Positions 1-11,781 are shown, counted from the stretch's first letter. The stretch is 52,779 nucleotides of DNA from Octopus sinensis (GCF_006345805.1 NW_021833948.1:1-52779); one strand, 5' to 3'. Notes: generated by a model from the sequence alone, not told the origin. Program-made: numbers and translations.

Positions 1-205
1 GGTGGGGCGATAAACACAGACCACAACATATACACACATTACTTATAAATATATACGACGGGCTTCTTTTCAGTTTCCGTCTACCAAATCCACTCACAAG
101 GCATTGGTCGGCCCGAGGCTATAGTAGAAGATACTTGCCCAAGGTGCCACGCAGTGGAACTGAACCCGGAACCCTGTGGTTGGTAAGCAAGCTACTTACC
201 ACGCA
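1..205 (-). mobile_element. SINE family B (tRNA-head, internal microsatellite), 5' half; truncated by window edge
   Basis: Reverse complement matches the copy at 1729-2126 (GGTAAGTAGCTTGCTTACCAACC..GGGTTCAGTTCC..CCTTGGGCAAG..GGAAACTGAAAAGAAGCCCGTCG). Confidence 0.85.
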
Positions 206-496
206 GCAACGCAGTTATTTTTCAAAGGTTCTCCACGTCTGAGGATGAAAGAAATAAAAGAAACGATAAAATTGGCTCGAATGCTTCCAAGAGAGCGTAC
301 TTCGTTAAGGGTACTCAAGTATCCAAGGACCAGGTGATTGAGCACCGGCTATGAGCTATTTTTAATAGGTTCTCCAAATCTGATAATTAGAGAAATAGAA
401 GAAACTATAGAATTGACACTTCGTTAGGGGTACTCATGTATTCAAGGACCAAGTAATTGTGCTAAGACAGAAGCAACAAAGCTTGATGTTGGTGTT

Positions 497-886
497 GCTG
501 TTGCTACTGTTGCTGTTGAGCGAACGGTCTTCGTCCCAGAGCTCGCAAGATGGGAGAAGTCCGAAATGTGGTCCTTTGCTATTTGTAAGACCCACAGAAG
601 AGAAAGCAGGTCAACCCCCGACACCGAGAGCATCGACGGATGGATGAATGCGCATCCAGGCTCAGCGGTTGCGTAGGAAGTCGGGGACAAGAAACAGGAA
701 GAAAGAATGCGAGAAAGTTGGGGCGAAAGAGTATAACAGGGGTCGCCACCACTCCTTGCCGGAGCCTCGTGGAGCTTTTAGGTGTTTTCGATCAATAAAC
801 ACACACAACGCCCGGTCAGGGAATCGAAACCGCGAACCTCCGACCGCGAGTCCGCTGCCCTAACCATTGGGCCATTGCGCCTCCAC
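497..886 (-). mobile_element. SINE family C, long variant (tRNA-Arg-like head, AAC-rich tail)
   Basis: A box TGGCCCAATGGTTAG and B box GGTTTCGATTCC on the minus strand; 13-bp TSD TGATGTTGGTGTT at 484-496 and 887-899. Confidence 0.85.
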
Positions 887-1147
887 TGATGTTGGTGTTC
901 CAACTATAGATGTACATGTATTCATTTGGATATCATCGTCGGTTCCTCTTCGTTTCCAAGTATTCTTTTCTTCGTCTGTGTTTCCTCGTTTATGTCGGTG
1001 CCTCTGATCACTGACAGAACGATTTTTCCGCGAAATGATTGAAACAATTGGCTACAGAGGTCACATCAGCTGGCTGGAAAAGGCATTAGTTGGAGTTGGC
1101 AGATTTTTCGCCCTAACCGTCCTAAGGGTTTTTTACTCTTATTTCTT

Positions 1148-1561
1148 ATTTCTTTATCGCCCACAAGGGGCTAAACACAGAGAGGACAAACAAGGACAGA
1201 CAAAGGGATTAAGTCGATTATATCGACCCCAGTGCGTAACTGGTACTTATTTAATCGACCCCGAAAGAATGAAATGCAAAGTCGACCTCGGCGGAATTTG
1301 AACTTAGAACGTAGTGGCAGACGAAATACCTATTTCTTTACTACCCACAAGAGGCTAAACACAGAGGGGACAAACAAGGACAGACAAAGGGATTAAGTCG
1401 ATTACATCGACCCCAGTGCGCAACTGGTACTTAATTTATCGACCCTGAAAGGATGAAAGGCAAAGTCGACCTCGACAGAATTTGAACTCAGAACGTAACG
1501 GCAGACGAAATACCGCTAAGCATTTCGCCCTGCGTGCTAACGTTTCTGCCAGCTCGCCGCC
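1148..1561 (-). mobile_element. SINE family A1 dimer (head + 2 units)
   Basis: Head GGCGGCGAGCTGGCAGAAACGTTAGC, B box GTTCAAATTC; unit junction AAATAGGTATTTCG. Confidence 0.9.
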
Positions 1562-1728
1562 TTCATTTCTAGCAATGTTGGTGCTACACGACACCCTCAG
1601 TTACTATTAGTGATAACTGGATTCTTTTGTTTTGGTTTTATATTGCTTAATACTGCCTTCGTTATTTTATAATTTTCACATTGCCATTTTGCTGAATCAT
1701 ACAATGATTCATATGGTAAATTCTATAT

Positions 1729-2126
1729 AGGCGCAGGAGTGGCTGTGTGGTAAGTACCTTGCTTACCAACCACATGGTTCCGGGTTCATTCCCACTGCGT
1801 GGCACCTTGGGCAAATCTCATCTACTATAGCCTTGGGCCGACCAAAGCCTTGTGAGTGGATTTGGTAGACGGAAACTGAAAGAAACCCGTCGTATATATG
1901 TATATATATGTTTATGTATATGTTTGTGTATCTGCATTTGACTCCCCAACATCGCTTGACAACCGATGCTGGTGTTTTTACGTCCCCGTAACTTAGCGGT
2001 TGGGCAAAAGAGTCCGATAGAATAAGTACTAGGCTTACAAAGAATAAGTCCTGGGGTTGATTTGCTCGACTAAAGGCGGTGCTCCAGCATGGCCACAGTC
2101 AAATGACTGAAACAAGTAAAAGAGAG
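1729..2126 (+). mobile_element. SINE family B, full length
   Basis: AGGCGCAGGAGTGGCTGTGTGGTAAG head, internal (TA/TG)n, conserved 3' half ending GAAACAAGTAAAAGAG. Confidence 0.9.
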
Positions 2127-2467
2127 ATACTGATGGTTTGGGGGATTTAGCCGAACCATCAAGCAATCGAGTACTCACTACTGGTGAGCTTGTAATTTTC
2201 AAGAGAGAGCGAGAGAGAGATGTCTTGCCTATAGTTATTTCAATAGTATGTTCTCACTAAAAGCTTGCAGATCTGAAATTATCTCAGAGCGCTGACTGTA
2301 AAATTGCTTCCACTACTCCAACACTAAAAAAAAAAGAAAAGAAATGAGAGAGAAAAGGAAAACGAGAAATTTCTTTCTCCAAATTTGTCTTTATTAATGA
2401 AAAGACAAATTAATAGTTTCTATCCATATCATTCTTCTTTCTTCCATCATGGAGATCCTCCCCAACA

Positions 2468-2477
2468 ACAGCTGCTG

Positions 2478-2511
<34 letters not shown>

Positions 2512-2665
2512 CCCCCCCCACCCCCACCCCCACCCCCACCACCACCACTACTACTACTACCACCACCACCCCACCACCACTACTACTACTACCACCACCA
2601 CCACCACCACCACCACCACCACCTCCACCACCATTACTACTACTACTACTACTATTACTACAAGC
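2468..2665. repeat. Compound trinucleotide microsatellite (CTA/CCA)n
   Basis: Direct reading; explains the poly-L/P/T/H/Y ORFs. Confidence 0.95.
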
Positions 2666-3352
2666 AATTTTTTTTAATAAACTCGCCACCTCTCTTTTTA
2701 CAGAAATTAGGTGAAAAATGTCAAGCCCGAAGCCGTTTTTTTTTATATTCTTACTTTCAATTTTAGTTTTATATATCTTTTTTTTTTTAATAATTTTTAC
2801 TTATCATTCATTTTATTCGTGATAGTTTTTATTTTTGAAGAAAAGAAAGGAAGGAAGGAAAAGAAAAAGACGAAAAAGAAAGACAGTAAGGAAGGAATAA
2901 AGAAAGACAGAAAGAAAGAAAGGAAGAAAGAAAGAAAGAAAGAAAGACATACAGAAAGAAAGAAAGAGATCGTGTCATTGTTCGTGTAGAACTGCAGTCA
3001 GAGGTATTTGTTACATAATTGGTCGCAAGAGGGAGATCAAAGGTTTTGTCGTGCCAACAATTTTGAGTGGAAAGCATGAGATCACGAAGGAAATGCTGGC
3101 TCGCATCAAAAGCTTCTAATGCAACTGTCAGCCGTGTAATTAGATCGAAATAATTATGAAAGAGTTCTCTGAATTAACGTGGCTCTTGTTGCTGCTGTTG
3201 TTGTTTTTGTTGTTGTTGTTGTTGGTAGTGGTGGTAATTGTTGCTATAAATGGTGATTGTGGCGGTGATTGTGACGATAATGTTGGCGGTGGCGGTGGTG
3301 GTAATGATGCTGATGTTCACGATAAATGATAACCTAATGATAATAATCGTGT

Positions 3353-3600
3353 AGGCGCGTGGCCTAGTGGTTAGGGTGTCATCACTATGATCGTAAGATT
3401 GTGGTTTCGATCCCTGGACCGGGCGACGAGTAATGTTCTTGAGCAAAACACTTCATTTCACGTTGCTCCAGTCCACTCAGCTGGCAAAAATGAGTAACGC
3501 TGCGATGGACTGGCTTCCCGTCCAGCTGGGGAACACATACGCCATTGAAACTGGGAAACCGAGCTCATGAGCCTGGCTAGGCTTTAAAAGGGCGCATTTA
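3353..3600 (+). mobile_element. SINE family C, short variant
   Basis: GGCGCGTGGCCTAGTGGTTAG head, GGTTTCGATCCC B box, 3' part similar to other C copies (GGGGAAC..TACGCC..GGGAAACC..TGAGCC). Confidence 0.75.
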
Positions 3601-3614
3601 TTTATTTGTTTATT

Positions 3615-3841
3615 AATGATAATAATCCTTTCTACTATAGACACAAGGCCTGAAATTTGGAAGAAGGGAAATGAGTCGATTACATCGACCCCAGTGCGTA
3701 ACTGGTACTTAATTTATCGATCCCGAAAGGATGAAAGGCAAAGTGGACCCCGGCGGTATTTGAACTCAGAACGTGAAGACAGACGAAATACAATTAAGCG
3801 TTTCGCCCAGCGTGCTAACGATTCTGCCAGCTCACTGCCTT
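3615..3841 (-). mobile_element. SINE family A2 (A head and core, different ATT-type tail)
   Basis: Same head and core as A1 but the 3' end reads AATTTCAGGCCTTGTGTCTATAGTAGAAAGGATTATT. Confidence 0.85.
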
Positions 3842-3927
3842 AACCTGATGATAATAATGATAGCAATGACGATGATGACGACGACGACGACGACGAAAAT
3901 GATAATGATGATGATGATGATGATGAT

Positions 3928-4110
3928 AGATCGGTAGCCACTACTCACATTTTTTCTCTCCTTTTTTCTTTCTCTGTTCCTTTCTGTGGAAGAGCGTAGG
4001 CTCGAAACGTTAAAGACTTTTTCAATTCCCGAGCGTTATACTAAAACATCTGTTTGCTTTCTATACCACCTGTCTTCGTCTTTTGTTTCTTTCGTGAATT
4101 CTCCCCCTAT
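3928..4110 (+). mobile_element. Hammerhead-like short repeat (Penelope-like terminal repeat relic, family H)
   Basis: CTTT-CTGTGGA-A-GAGC GTAG GCTC-GAAACGTT-AAAG at 3980-4015; homologous to 31195-31360, 31400-31560 and 52090-52280. Confidence 0.65.
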
Positions 4111-4114
4111 GCTT

Positions 4115-4470
4115 CCTATAGTTTGTTCTCAACGCTTATCCATCTGCTGTCATCTCAAAGACTCTGCTTCAGGTTTCAGGTCACATGTTTGTACGTGTAA
4201 CCGCATCCATCTTTTATCCGAATCTGTGTTTCTTGATATCTCTCTCTCTCAAGAACTGACGGCGTATCTTCTTATCCTTTCAATTGTTTCCCACTTTCTT
4301 TCTCTCTTCATTTCGCAATTCATCTTCTCCCAACTGCTTTCCGTATATAACAAACCTGTCTTATTTATTTGCACAAGCAATGCTTCTTTTGCATCCATTA
4401 TATACAAAGCAACATTGCTTTCTTCTGTCTGAATACATTCCTCACAACTCATCAATTCTTGCCTTCCTTC
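4115..4470 (-). mobile_element. Degraded R4/Dong-type non-LTR retrotransposon ORF fragment (post-RT region)
   Basis: Minus-strand frames give LMSCEECIQTEESNVALYI..KTG, ..RRQFLRE and DLKPEAESL, resembling the GL(x)SCEECV..HGQFLR..DLK.ETE segment of RLE-bearing LINEs. Confidence 0.65.
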
Positions 4471-4579
4471 TTATCTTGTTAGGCGCGTGTTCGTATGCAT
4501 GCATGTATGTGCGTTTGTATGTATGAATGTATGTGCGTATGTATGAATGTATGTGCGTATGTATGTATGAATATATGTA

Positions 4580-4813
4580 CAGGGTGTTCAAAAAGTCTCT
4601 CCGTAGTGAATTTCTTTCATCCTGCGCATCACCATGGCGTTACTTCAAGAGTTTTTCGGTGAACGGGTTATTTCGAAGGAACTTAGGCCACTAAGATCAC
4701 CTGATTTAACACCGCCAGACTTTTTTTTCTGGGGAGCAAGTAAAGGATCAGTGTACAAGAATCGCCCGAAAACTATTAAATACTTACTGCGGAGGGACTT
4801 TTTGGACACCCTG
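4580..4813 (+). mobile_element. Internally deleted Tc1/mariner element (MITE-sized)
   Basis: TIRs CAGGGTGTTCAAAAAGTCTCTCCGTAGT / ACTGCGGAGGGACTTTTTGGACACCCTG after TA; residual transposase RSPDLTPPDFFFWGASKGSVY. Confidence 0.9.
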
Positions 4814-4849
4814 CATAATGGCTTCAAATTTTGCCACAAGGCTTCGCAA

Positions 4850-5619
4850 GTTTAGTGGGAGAGGATTTTCGATTATATCGACCCCAGCACGTGACTGGTT
4901 GATCGCGAAAGGATGAAAGGAAAAGTTGTCCTCAACAGGATTTGTACAAGGTCTGAAATTTTGTGGGGTGAGTGTTAGTTAAATACATTGACCCCAGTAA
5001 TTGATTGATAATTATTTTATTGCCCCCACTGAAAGGATGAAGGGAAAATTTAGCATCAGTGGAATTTGAACGCAGGATGTAAGGCGTCGGAAGAAATGCC
5101 TGTACGAGGTGGTATCAAAAGAGTTCCAGGACTCGTTCTGTAGCGCGCCAACAGACGGCAGCACACGGTTGCATGCGCAATGAAAGCTGGCAGCGACCCT
5201 CATGAGGCAATGTGCCGAGTGACATCGCTGTGTTTATTTCGCAAGTTGTGAAAACACCAGAGGAATTTGAACTCAGAACGTGCTTTCTTCCAATACCTTA
5301 CGAAGCATTTTGTTCGATGCACTAACAATTCTGCCCGCTCCACACCTTAACAACACAACAACAACAACAACAACAATAGCCCTTTTTACTATAGGCGCAA
5401 GACATGAAAGTTTGGCAGAAGGGGGGGGGGGCTAGTCGATTACATTGGTCCGCAGTGTTTAACTCTTCTTATCTCATTGATCTTCAGAATTTGAACTCGA
5501 CGGAATTTGAACTCGGTACGTAAAACCGAAAGAAATGCTGCTTAGCATTTTGTCCGGCATGCTAACAATTCTGCCAGCTCGCCGCTTTACTACTACTACT
5601 GCTACTACTGCTGCTGCTG

Positions 5620-5655
<36 letters not shown>

Positions 5656-5693
5656 ATAATAATAATAATAATAATAATAAAATAATAATAATG

Positions 5694-5767
<74 letters not shown>

Positions 5768-6050
5768 AATAATAATAATAATGATGATGATGATGATGAT
5801 GATAATAATAATAATAATGATATATAATAATGATAATAATAATATTTTCTAATATAGACAAAATGCCTGACATTTTAGGGGAGGGGGGGATTAGTCGATT
5901 ACATCGACCTAGTACTCGACTGGTATTTATTTTGTTGACCCCTAAAGGATGAAAGGCAAAGTCGACCTCGGTGGAATTTGAACTCAGAACGTGGAGACGG
6001 ATGAAATGCTACTGAGCATTAAGACCGGCGTGTTAACGATTTTCCTAACA
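4850..6050 (-). mobile_element. Cluster of degraded SINE A2 copies around a compound (TAC/TAA/TGA)n tract
   Basis: Repeated GAAAGGATGAA..GGAATTTGAACTC..AGCATTTTG..CTAACAATTCTGCC segments; microsatellite at about 5586-5845. Confidence 0.75.
5105..5253 (+). mobile_element. Mariner-type terminal fragment nested in a SINE
   Basis: TA-CGAGGTGGTATCAAAAGAGTTCC TIR-like start and the CGCCAACAGACGGCAGCAC motif common in mariner 5' ends. Confidence 0.55.
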
Positions 6051-6095
6051 GAATAAGGGTTGGCCTGAGGCGGAAGAACAAGAACAGCAACTACA

Positions 6096-6500
6096 GTGGA
6101 GGCGCAATGGCCAGTGGTTAGGGCAGCGGACTAGCGGTCGTAAGAACGCGGTTTCGATTCCCAGACGGAGCATTGTGAGTGTTTATTGAGCAAAAACACC
6201 AAAGCTCCATAATACTCTGGCGTGGGGTAGTGGTGAACCTCACTGTACTCTTTCACCACAACCCTCTCTCACTCTTTCATCCTACTTCTGCCACAAAGCT
6301 GAGGAACCATGGTGTAACCCACAATGGTGTGGTAAAACTTTCAGACCCTAGTCTAGATTGCGAATCCTCTCTACCACAGGATGGTTCAGCTCTCCACCCG
6401 TTAAAAGCCACCGTTTGCGGAATGCGGATAACAACGTAGCTTTCGCGCCCGTGCAACCGCCATTCTATCGCGTGTGGTGCGTGGATCTTCAAGTTGTCAC
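6096..6500 (+). mobile_element. SINE family C, long variant (diverged)
   Basis: GTGGAGGCGCAATGGCCAGTGGTTAGGGCAGCGGACT head, GGTTTCGATTCCC B box. Confidence 0.75.
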
Positions 6501-6574
6501 ACGCATTCTTAGTAGGTTAGAGTAGGCTCGAATTAGGGATTATTCTTTGTGGCTAATGGCGCGAGTCCTGATTG

Positions 6575-6985
6575 GAAGAAGAAGAAGAAGAAGAAGAAGA
6601 AGAAGAAGAAGAAGAAGAAGAAGAAGAAGAAGAAGAAAAGGAGGAGGAGGAGGAGGAGGAGGAGGAGGAGAAGAAGAAGAAGAAGAGGAGGAGGAGGAGA
6701 AGAAGAAGAAGAAGAAGAAAAAGGAGGAGGAGAAGAAGAAGAAGAAGAAGAAGAAGAAGAAGAGAAGAAGAAGAAGACCCTTCGGCCATGAATGACCATG
6801 GGATTGCACCCAGAAAGTCACCCTCCGAGGCACAAGTCCGGGCAAGGTTGTTTATGGAAGGCCATCAGTCACCCATACATACCAGCCTCCCCTCTCTATG
6901 CCACCAGTGTTACCCAAGAGAAAGGCAAAGGGGCCGATACAGCTTGGAACCAGTGACGTCACGACTCACTTTTACAGAAAAGGAA
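6575..6985 (-). mobile_element. 5'-truncated SINE family D with expanded (TTC/TCC)n tail
   Basis: 6776-6985 matches 8885-9090; the tail is the GAA/GGA tract at 6575-6775. Confidence 0.85.
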
Positions 6986-7235
6986 GACAGCAACTACAAC
7001 GACGACGACGATGACAACGACAATGCTTCACGCCTGCTGCACTTGTTCCTATCGACCACCCGCTTCATCCATTGCTCTATCTTCACTTCTTCTGTCCAAG
7101 AGTCAGAATCAATATATATCGAACAGGTATCTTTTATTTCTCCACCTTATTCTACTTTTATCGTTCTCATTTCACACCTTTTTTTTTGCGCGAATTGACA
7201 GTGTTTTTTATCCTTCTTCTTTTTCCTGGCGTTAT

Positions 7236-7411
7236 TTATCTCAAAGTGACCACAAAAGAACTTCCATAATCGATTTGGTTGACTGCGTGACTGATCTCAT
7301 CTGAATCAGTATTATCTCCTGCCAGATAATTCCCATGGATGAGCAGCCAGTGAAGAGTGAAGGAGAACTGCTTCCAGTTCGTTCTAAACATTTTCTGAAA
7401 CGCTCGATTGA
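7236..7411 (-). CDS. Candidate terminal exon of an unidentified gene (speculative)
   Basis: Non-repetitive open frame NRAFQKMFRTNWKQFSFTLHWLLIHGNYLAGD..YGSSFVVTLR* after TTTAG; no family recognised. Confidence 0.15.
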
Positions 7412-8167
7412 CTAAACTAACAATGACAAATCGTTGAAATTGGAAGTTGACAATGACGATCAACGAGCAAATCTTCCAGAAAAAAATACAAAAAAACCCA
7501 CCAAAAAAAACAACAACAAAAACCGATGAATATTTCTGATGTGACCTTAACGCAATAACCATACGTTTCATTAATTCTTTGTACGAATCGTAGCGTAGTT
7601 CCAGGTCGGGCTCTGATCGATAAAACCCATAGAACGCAAGTAGTTACACGATCGACCAAGAGAGATCTGTATAGTTATTGCTCCGAACGATATATGTTTG
7701 AGTTGAGGAAAGATTTGGCTGTTAACTCTGGCAGGTCGAACATAGAACATAGAAGGGTCTGAAGCATTTTGCTACAGCCGTTTCGGCGCCACCTACTTGG
7801 CGCCGTTGATTCGATACTGACTTATTTGACATGGCGTTTTAATGTTTCTCTCGTTCTGTCCCAAGCCACCTCTCTCTGCTCATGCGTGTGTACTTAACTT
7901 TTTTTGTGTGTATGAGGAGGGGAGGTAATTGTTCAATGAATAAACTGTAGTGTTTTTCTCTCTCTCTGTCTCTGTCCTCTCACTCTCTTTCTCACTATTT
8001 CTTTGTCTCTCTTTCTCTTACCTTCCCTCTCTTCCTCTTCCTCTTTCTCTCTGTTTATGTATGTATGCATCTAGAAATGTTTGCACGTGTAACGTGTCTC
8101 CCTCCCTCTTTTCTCTCTCACTATCTCCTTTTCTCTCACACACGCATACACTCCGTATGTGTGTGTG

Positions 8168-8468
8168 TGGAGGCACATGGCCTTGTGGCTAGAGCAGCGG
8201 ACTCGCGGTCGAGGGATCGCGGGTTCAAATCTCAAACTGGGCGATGTGTGTGTTCATGGGCAAAACACCTATGCTCCACGCGGCTCCGGCAGAAGGTAAT
8301 GGCGAACTTCTGCTGACTCTTTCGCCACAACTTTCTCTCACTCTTTCCTCTTGCATCTTGCAGCTCATCTGCGACGGACCGGCGTCCCGTCCAGGTGGGG
8401 AACCTATACGCCAAGGAAACCGGAAAACCGGCCCTTAAGAGCCAGGTATGGCTCGAGAAGGAACAAAA
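8168..8468 (+). mobile_element. SINE family C, full length (tRNA-Arg-like head; resembles the octopus OR-type SINEs)
   Basis: GGAGGCACATGGCCTTGTGGCTAGAGCAGCGGACTCGCGGTC head, GGTTCAAATCTC; 13-bp TSD ACTCCGTATGTGT at 8150-8162 and 8469-8481. Confidence 0.9.
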
Positions 8469-8512
8469 ACTCCGTATGTGTATATTTCTGCGCAGACACA
8501 AAGTACCGTTAC

Positions 8513-8621
8513 CACAACAGGCTGAATGTCCCGTCAGCCGCGCCAAATCATCTACATCTAAGCAGCTGCGTCCAATTGTCTCATTCCCTCCAAGACGAGA
8601 TAAAGGATAAACTATCCGGTC
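8513..8621 (-). CDS. Candidate internal exon (speculative)
   Basis: TTTTCAG acceptor and G|GTAACG donor; only phase 0 is open: DRIVYPLSRLGGNETIGRSCLDVDDLARLTGHSACC. Confidence 0.2.
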
Positions 8622-8769
8622 CTGAAAATATCTTCGGCCCTGGATATCGATTTACGTTCCTTTGTTTGATTTTAGTTCATTGTCTTGTTGTTGTTATTGC
8701 TGTTGTCGTTGTTTTTGTTGTTGTTTTTTTGCTGCTGTTGTTATTGTTGTTGTTTTTGTTATTGTTGAC

Positions 8770-9218
8770 GATGATGATGATGATGATGATAACGATGATG
8801 ATGATGATGAAGAAGAAGAAGAAGAAGAAGAAGAAGAAGAAGAAGAAGAAGAAGAAGAAGAAGAAGAAGAAGAAGAAGAAGAAGAAGACTCTTCGGTCAT
8901 GAATGACCATGAGATTGCACCCAGAAAGTCACCCTCTGAGGGACAAGTCCAGGCAAGGTTGTTTATGGAAGACCAGCCGTCACCCATGCATACCGGCCTC
9001 CCCTCTTCATGCCACCAGTGTTATCCAAGAGAAAGGCAAAGGCCGATACAGCTTGGCACCAGTGACGTCACAACTCATTTCCACAGTTGAGTGAACTGGA
9101 GCAACGTGAAATAAAGTGTCTTGCCCAAGAACACAATATGCAGCCCGGTCCGAGAATCGAACTCACTACCTCTTGATTGTGAGCCCGACACTCTAACCAC
9201 AGAACCATGCGCCTTCAC
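8770..9218 (-). mobile_element. SINE family D, full length, with (TTC)n/(TCA)n tail
   Basis: Head GTGAAGGCGCATGGTTCTGTGGTTAG, B box GAGTTCGATTCTC; tail is the GAA/GAT tract at 8770-8884. Confidence 0.85.
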
Positions 9219-9325
9219 TGCAAAAGAAAGGAATAACCAATAAACCAAGAGCTTACAATGCCACCAAAATAGATAGTAATATATGCCGTTTAGTTGTGAA
9301 CATACACGACTGAGTAAACCGTTAC

Positions 9326-9376
9326 CCAGGCAGGTACGAACGGACGTGGGTACAACACACACATTGCGGAGAATAA
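9326..9376 (-). CDS. Candidate 51-nt exon (speculative)
   Basis: TTCTAG acceptor and TGG|GTAACG donor; phase 0-0 LFSAMCVLYPRPFVPAW. Confidence 0.12.
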
Positions 9377-9429
9377 CTAGAACTAAACATATCCTCCTTC
9401 TTACGGCATAACTGAAGTGTAGCCTGCAA

Positions 9430-10005
9430 CAGTGTCCCGTAACATTTTTTCACTTGCGGCACACTTATATTCTTTTCAAAATTCAGCGGCACGCTGGAAC
9501 TATAAAAATATAATTAAAAGTATAGGGAAAACAAGAGCACTCAGAGAGCGCAAACCTCCGCCAAGGCAACACTAACGTCCTCTCCACGATTAGCTAGAAA
9601 TGGTTTTTAAAATGAGAATATCTGAAATAAACTTGATTGCTCTTACAAACGAGAATGCTAAAAATGAACCCGACTGCTCTCACAAATTAAGTAAAAACAA
9701 ACAAACAAAAACCCTCCAGAAAATAATCCAGAATCCTTGTCCTGTACCAGATCGATCCCAAAATCTAATCAATTCCTGCCAGTCACGTGGCCAAACATCC
9801 CTGAAAGTTTCATCCGAATCCATCCAGCGGTTCTCGAGATATCTTGTCCACGGACAAACAAACAAACAAACGCGACTGAAAACAATACCTCCGCCTTCGC
9901 TAAAGTGGAGGTGAAAATTACATTCAGGTTAAACTGCGGCACACCTAGCATCGTCTCGTGGCACACCAGTGTGCCGCGGAATACCTGTTGCAGAGCGCTG
10001 GCCTA
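9430..10005 (+). mobile_element. Degraded hAT-like MITE interrupted by a Helentron-like element
   Basis: Repeated GCGGCACAC subterminal motifs on both sides (TTGCGGCACAC, CTGCGGCACACC, GTGGCACACCAGTGTGCCGCGG). Confidence 0.45.
9530..9917 (+). mobile_element. Helentron-associated non-autonomous element (HINE-like)
   Basis: Starts AACAAGAGCACTCAGAGAGCGCAAACCTCCGCCAAGG; ends (CAAA)n..ACCTCCGCCTTCGCTAAAGTGGAGGT hairpin; subterminal ACCTCCGCC repeat. Confidence 0.6.
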
Positions 10006-10237
10006 CGACAAAGCTGCATCTGTACTTGATTCTGTATCTGCAAAAGGTATTTCCACGAGGAGGAAAAACCACGGAGTGCTTAATTTCTCTCCCTCTCTCA
10101 TTATACACAACTAAAGACCTATGTGCTAGAAGGAGAAGAAAAAAAACAGAACAGCATCTTCCTAGTGTTATGTCTTCATCATATACCTTCCCTAACTTTC
10201 TCTTCGCCCAAATATTTACTCCATTTTCTCATTCCTT

Positions 10238-10628
10238 TCTCTATATAAAGCTGAAGTTGTCTGTCTATTGCAGGTTTGGTAGCCTTCAACTAACACTATC
10301 TCCTCCGAAACCCTGCAGTGCAAGTTTACCAAAATTGAGAGTTTGATAGAAGAAGGCTTGCTCTTCTTCCGTAGAATAAAAAGATTCAAATCGGACCATG
10401 TTAAGACCAACAATTATCTACAACAAAAAGGTGCTTTTTTTTCTATGAAAATCCCTATTTTTTATGATTTTTTGATTGCTGTGTCACCATTTTTCGGTGT
10501 ATTTCAACCAGAAAAATGTTCACTTAAAGAGAATAACAAGCTGCATAATGCAAAATTTTTTACTTTTCAAAAATTCCAGTTCTAAAGGGTCGAAACAAAC
10601 CCGAGCGACACCGGGCGATACTGCTAGT
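10238..10628 (-). mobile_element. Helentron/DINE-1-like non-autonomous element
   Basis: Minus strand starts ACTAGCAGTATCGCCCGGTGTCGCTCGGG and ends AGACAACTTCAGCTTTATATAG; same termini as 18424-18816 but a different interior. Confidence 0.65.
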
Positions 10629-10915
10629 AATAATAATATAATGTAATTAATGAACGCTTTGTTTTTTTGTTTTTGTATTGAAAAGATTTAACCAGTAGCA
10701 ACTACTGACGATGTGTATTCCTGTATATCCAAGAGGAATCTGCGAGGAGGCCTCGTACAATGGTCTGAATTTCATTTTGTTGAACTTCGCAGTTGGATCG
10801 ATCATGGGGTATATATATACAAGGGGAAACAAAGTAGGACGGTTGTTCATAAAATATTTAGTTACTAAATATTTTATGAACAAACCCGCCTGCTTTGTTT
10901 TCAATCCGCCCCTCT

Positions 10916-10973
<58 letters not shown>

Positions 10974-10988
10974 ATATATATATATAAT

Positions 10989-11019
<31 letters not shown>

Positions 11020-11079
11020 CTATATATATATATATATTATATATATATATTATATATATACACATGTTTGCAGCATACG

Positions 11080-11206
11080 AAACTCGCTTTGCGACTGTGT
11101 AGTTCGGTCCCACTGCGTGGCACCTTGGGCAAGTATCTTCTACTATAGCCCGTGGGCTATAGAAGTGAATTTGGTAGACGGAAACCGTGTGCGAAAGCCC
11201 ACTGTA

Positions 11207-11279
<73 letters not shown>

Positions 11280-11600
11280 GTCTGTCTGTCTGTTTGTTTG
11301 TCTGTCTATTTATCTATCACTCGGTCTGTCTGTATATGTATCTGTTTGTTTGTCTGTCTGTCTGTGTCTCTGTATATGTGTGTGTATATGTTTGTTCTCC
11401 GACGCCGCTTGACAACCGGGGTTGGTTTGTTTACGTCCACATAACTTACTGTTTCCATAAAAGAATCAGATAGAATAAGTACCAAACTTTAAAAAAATAA
11501 TAAATAAGTACGGTAGCGGAAGTTTGGGTTGCGATCTGTTTGATTAATAAGCCATTCAAAGCAATGTCCTAGTATGGACGCAAATCAAAACAACTAAAAA
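11080..11600 (+). mobile_element. SINE family B, diverged, with internal (TCTA)n
   Basis: CCCACTGCGTGGCACCTTGGGCAAG..GGTAGACGGAAAC 5' part and CGCTTGACAACCG..GATAGAATAAGTAC 3' part. Confidence 0.75.
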
Positions 11601-11781
11601 TATTTTCTGAATAGCAATACCTCAGGCAAAAGTTGTGCTCAATTTCCGCCGAAGTTGACTTTCATCGCTTCGGAATCGATAATATAAGTATCAGTTGAGC
11701 ACTGGGGTTAATCTGAACGGCTTATCCCTACCCCAAATTACAGGACTTGAGCTAGAATTTGAAACCAATATCATAGGCAAA

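Noticed and set aside
442-690. 82-aa protein-like ORF
   Set aside because: Most of it (497-690) lies within the body of a TSD-flanked SINE C variant.
2385-2766. Long poly-amino-acid ORFs here and at 5535, 6533-7198, 8662, 13551, 20084, 29439, 32952 and 48422
   Set aside because: They are translations of microsatellites that lack stop codons in some frames.
3986-4432. 148-aa ORF
   Set aside because: It spans a family H repeat and the antisense strand of an R4/Dong LINE fragment.
7243-7415. Plus-strand frame with a single TGA (possible selenocysteine read-through)
   Set aside because: No selenoprotein motif or SECIS was recognised; a single stop in a short frame is expected by chance.
8168-8240. 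tRNA-like sequences (also the heads of SINE A, B and D)
   Set aside because: They continue into SINE bodies with tails and TSDs and do not form complete cloverleaves; they are not tRNA genes.
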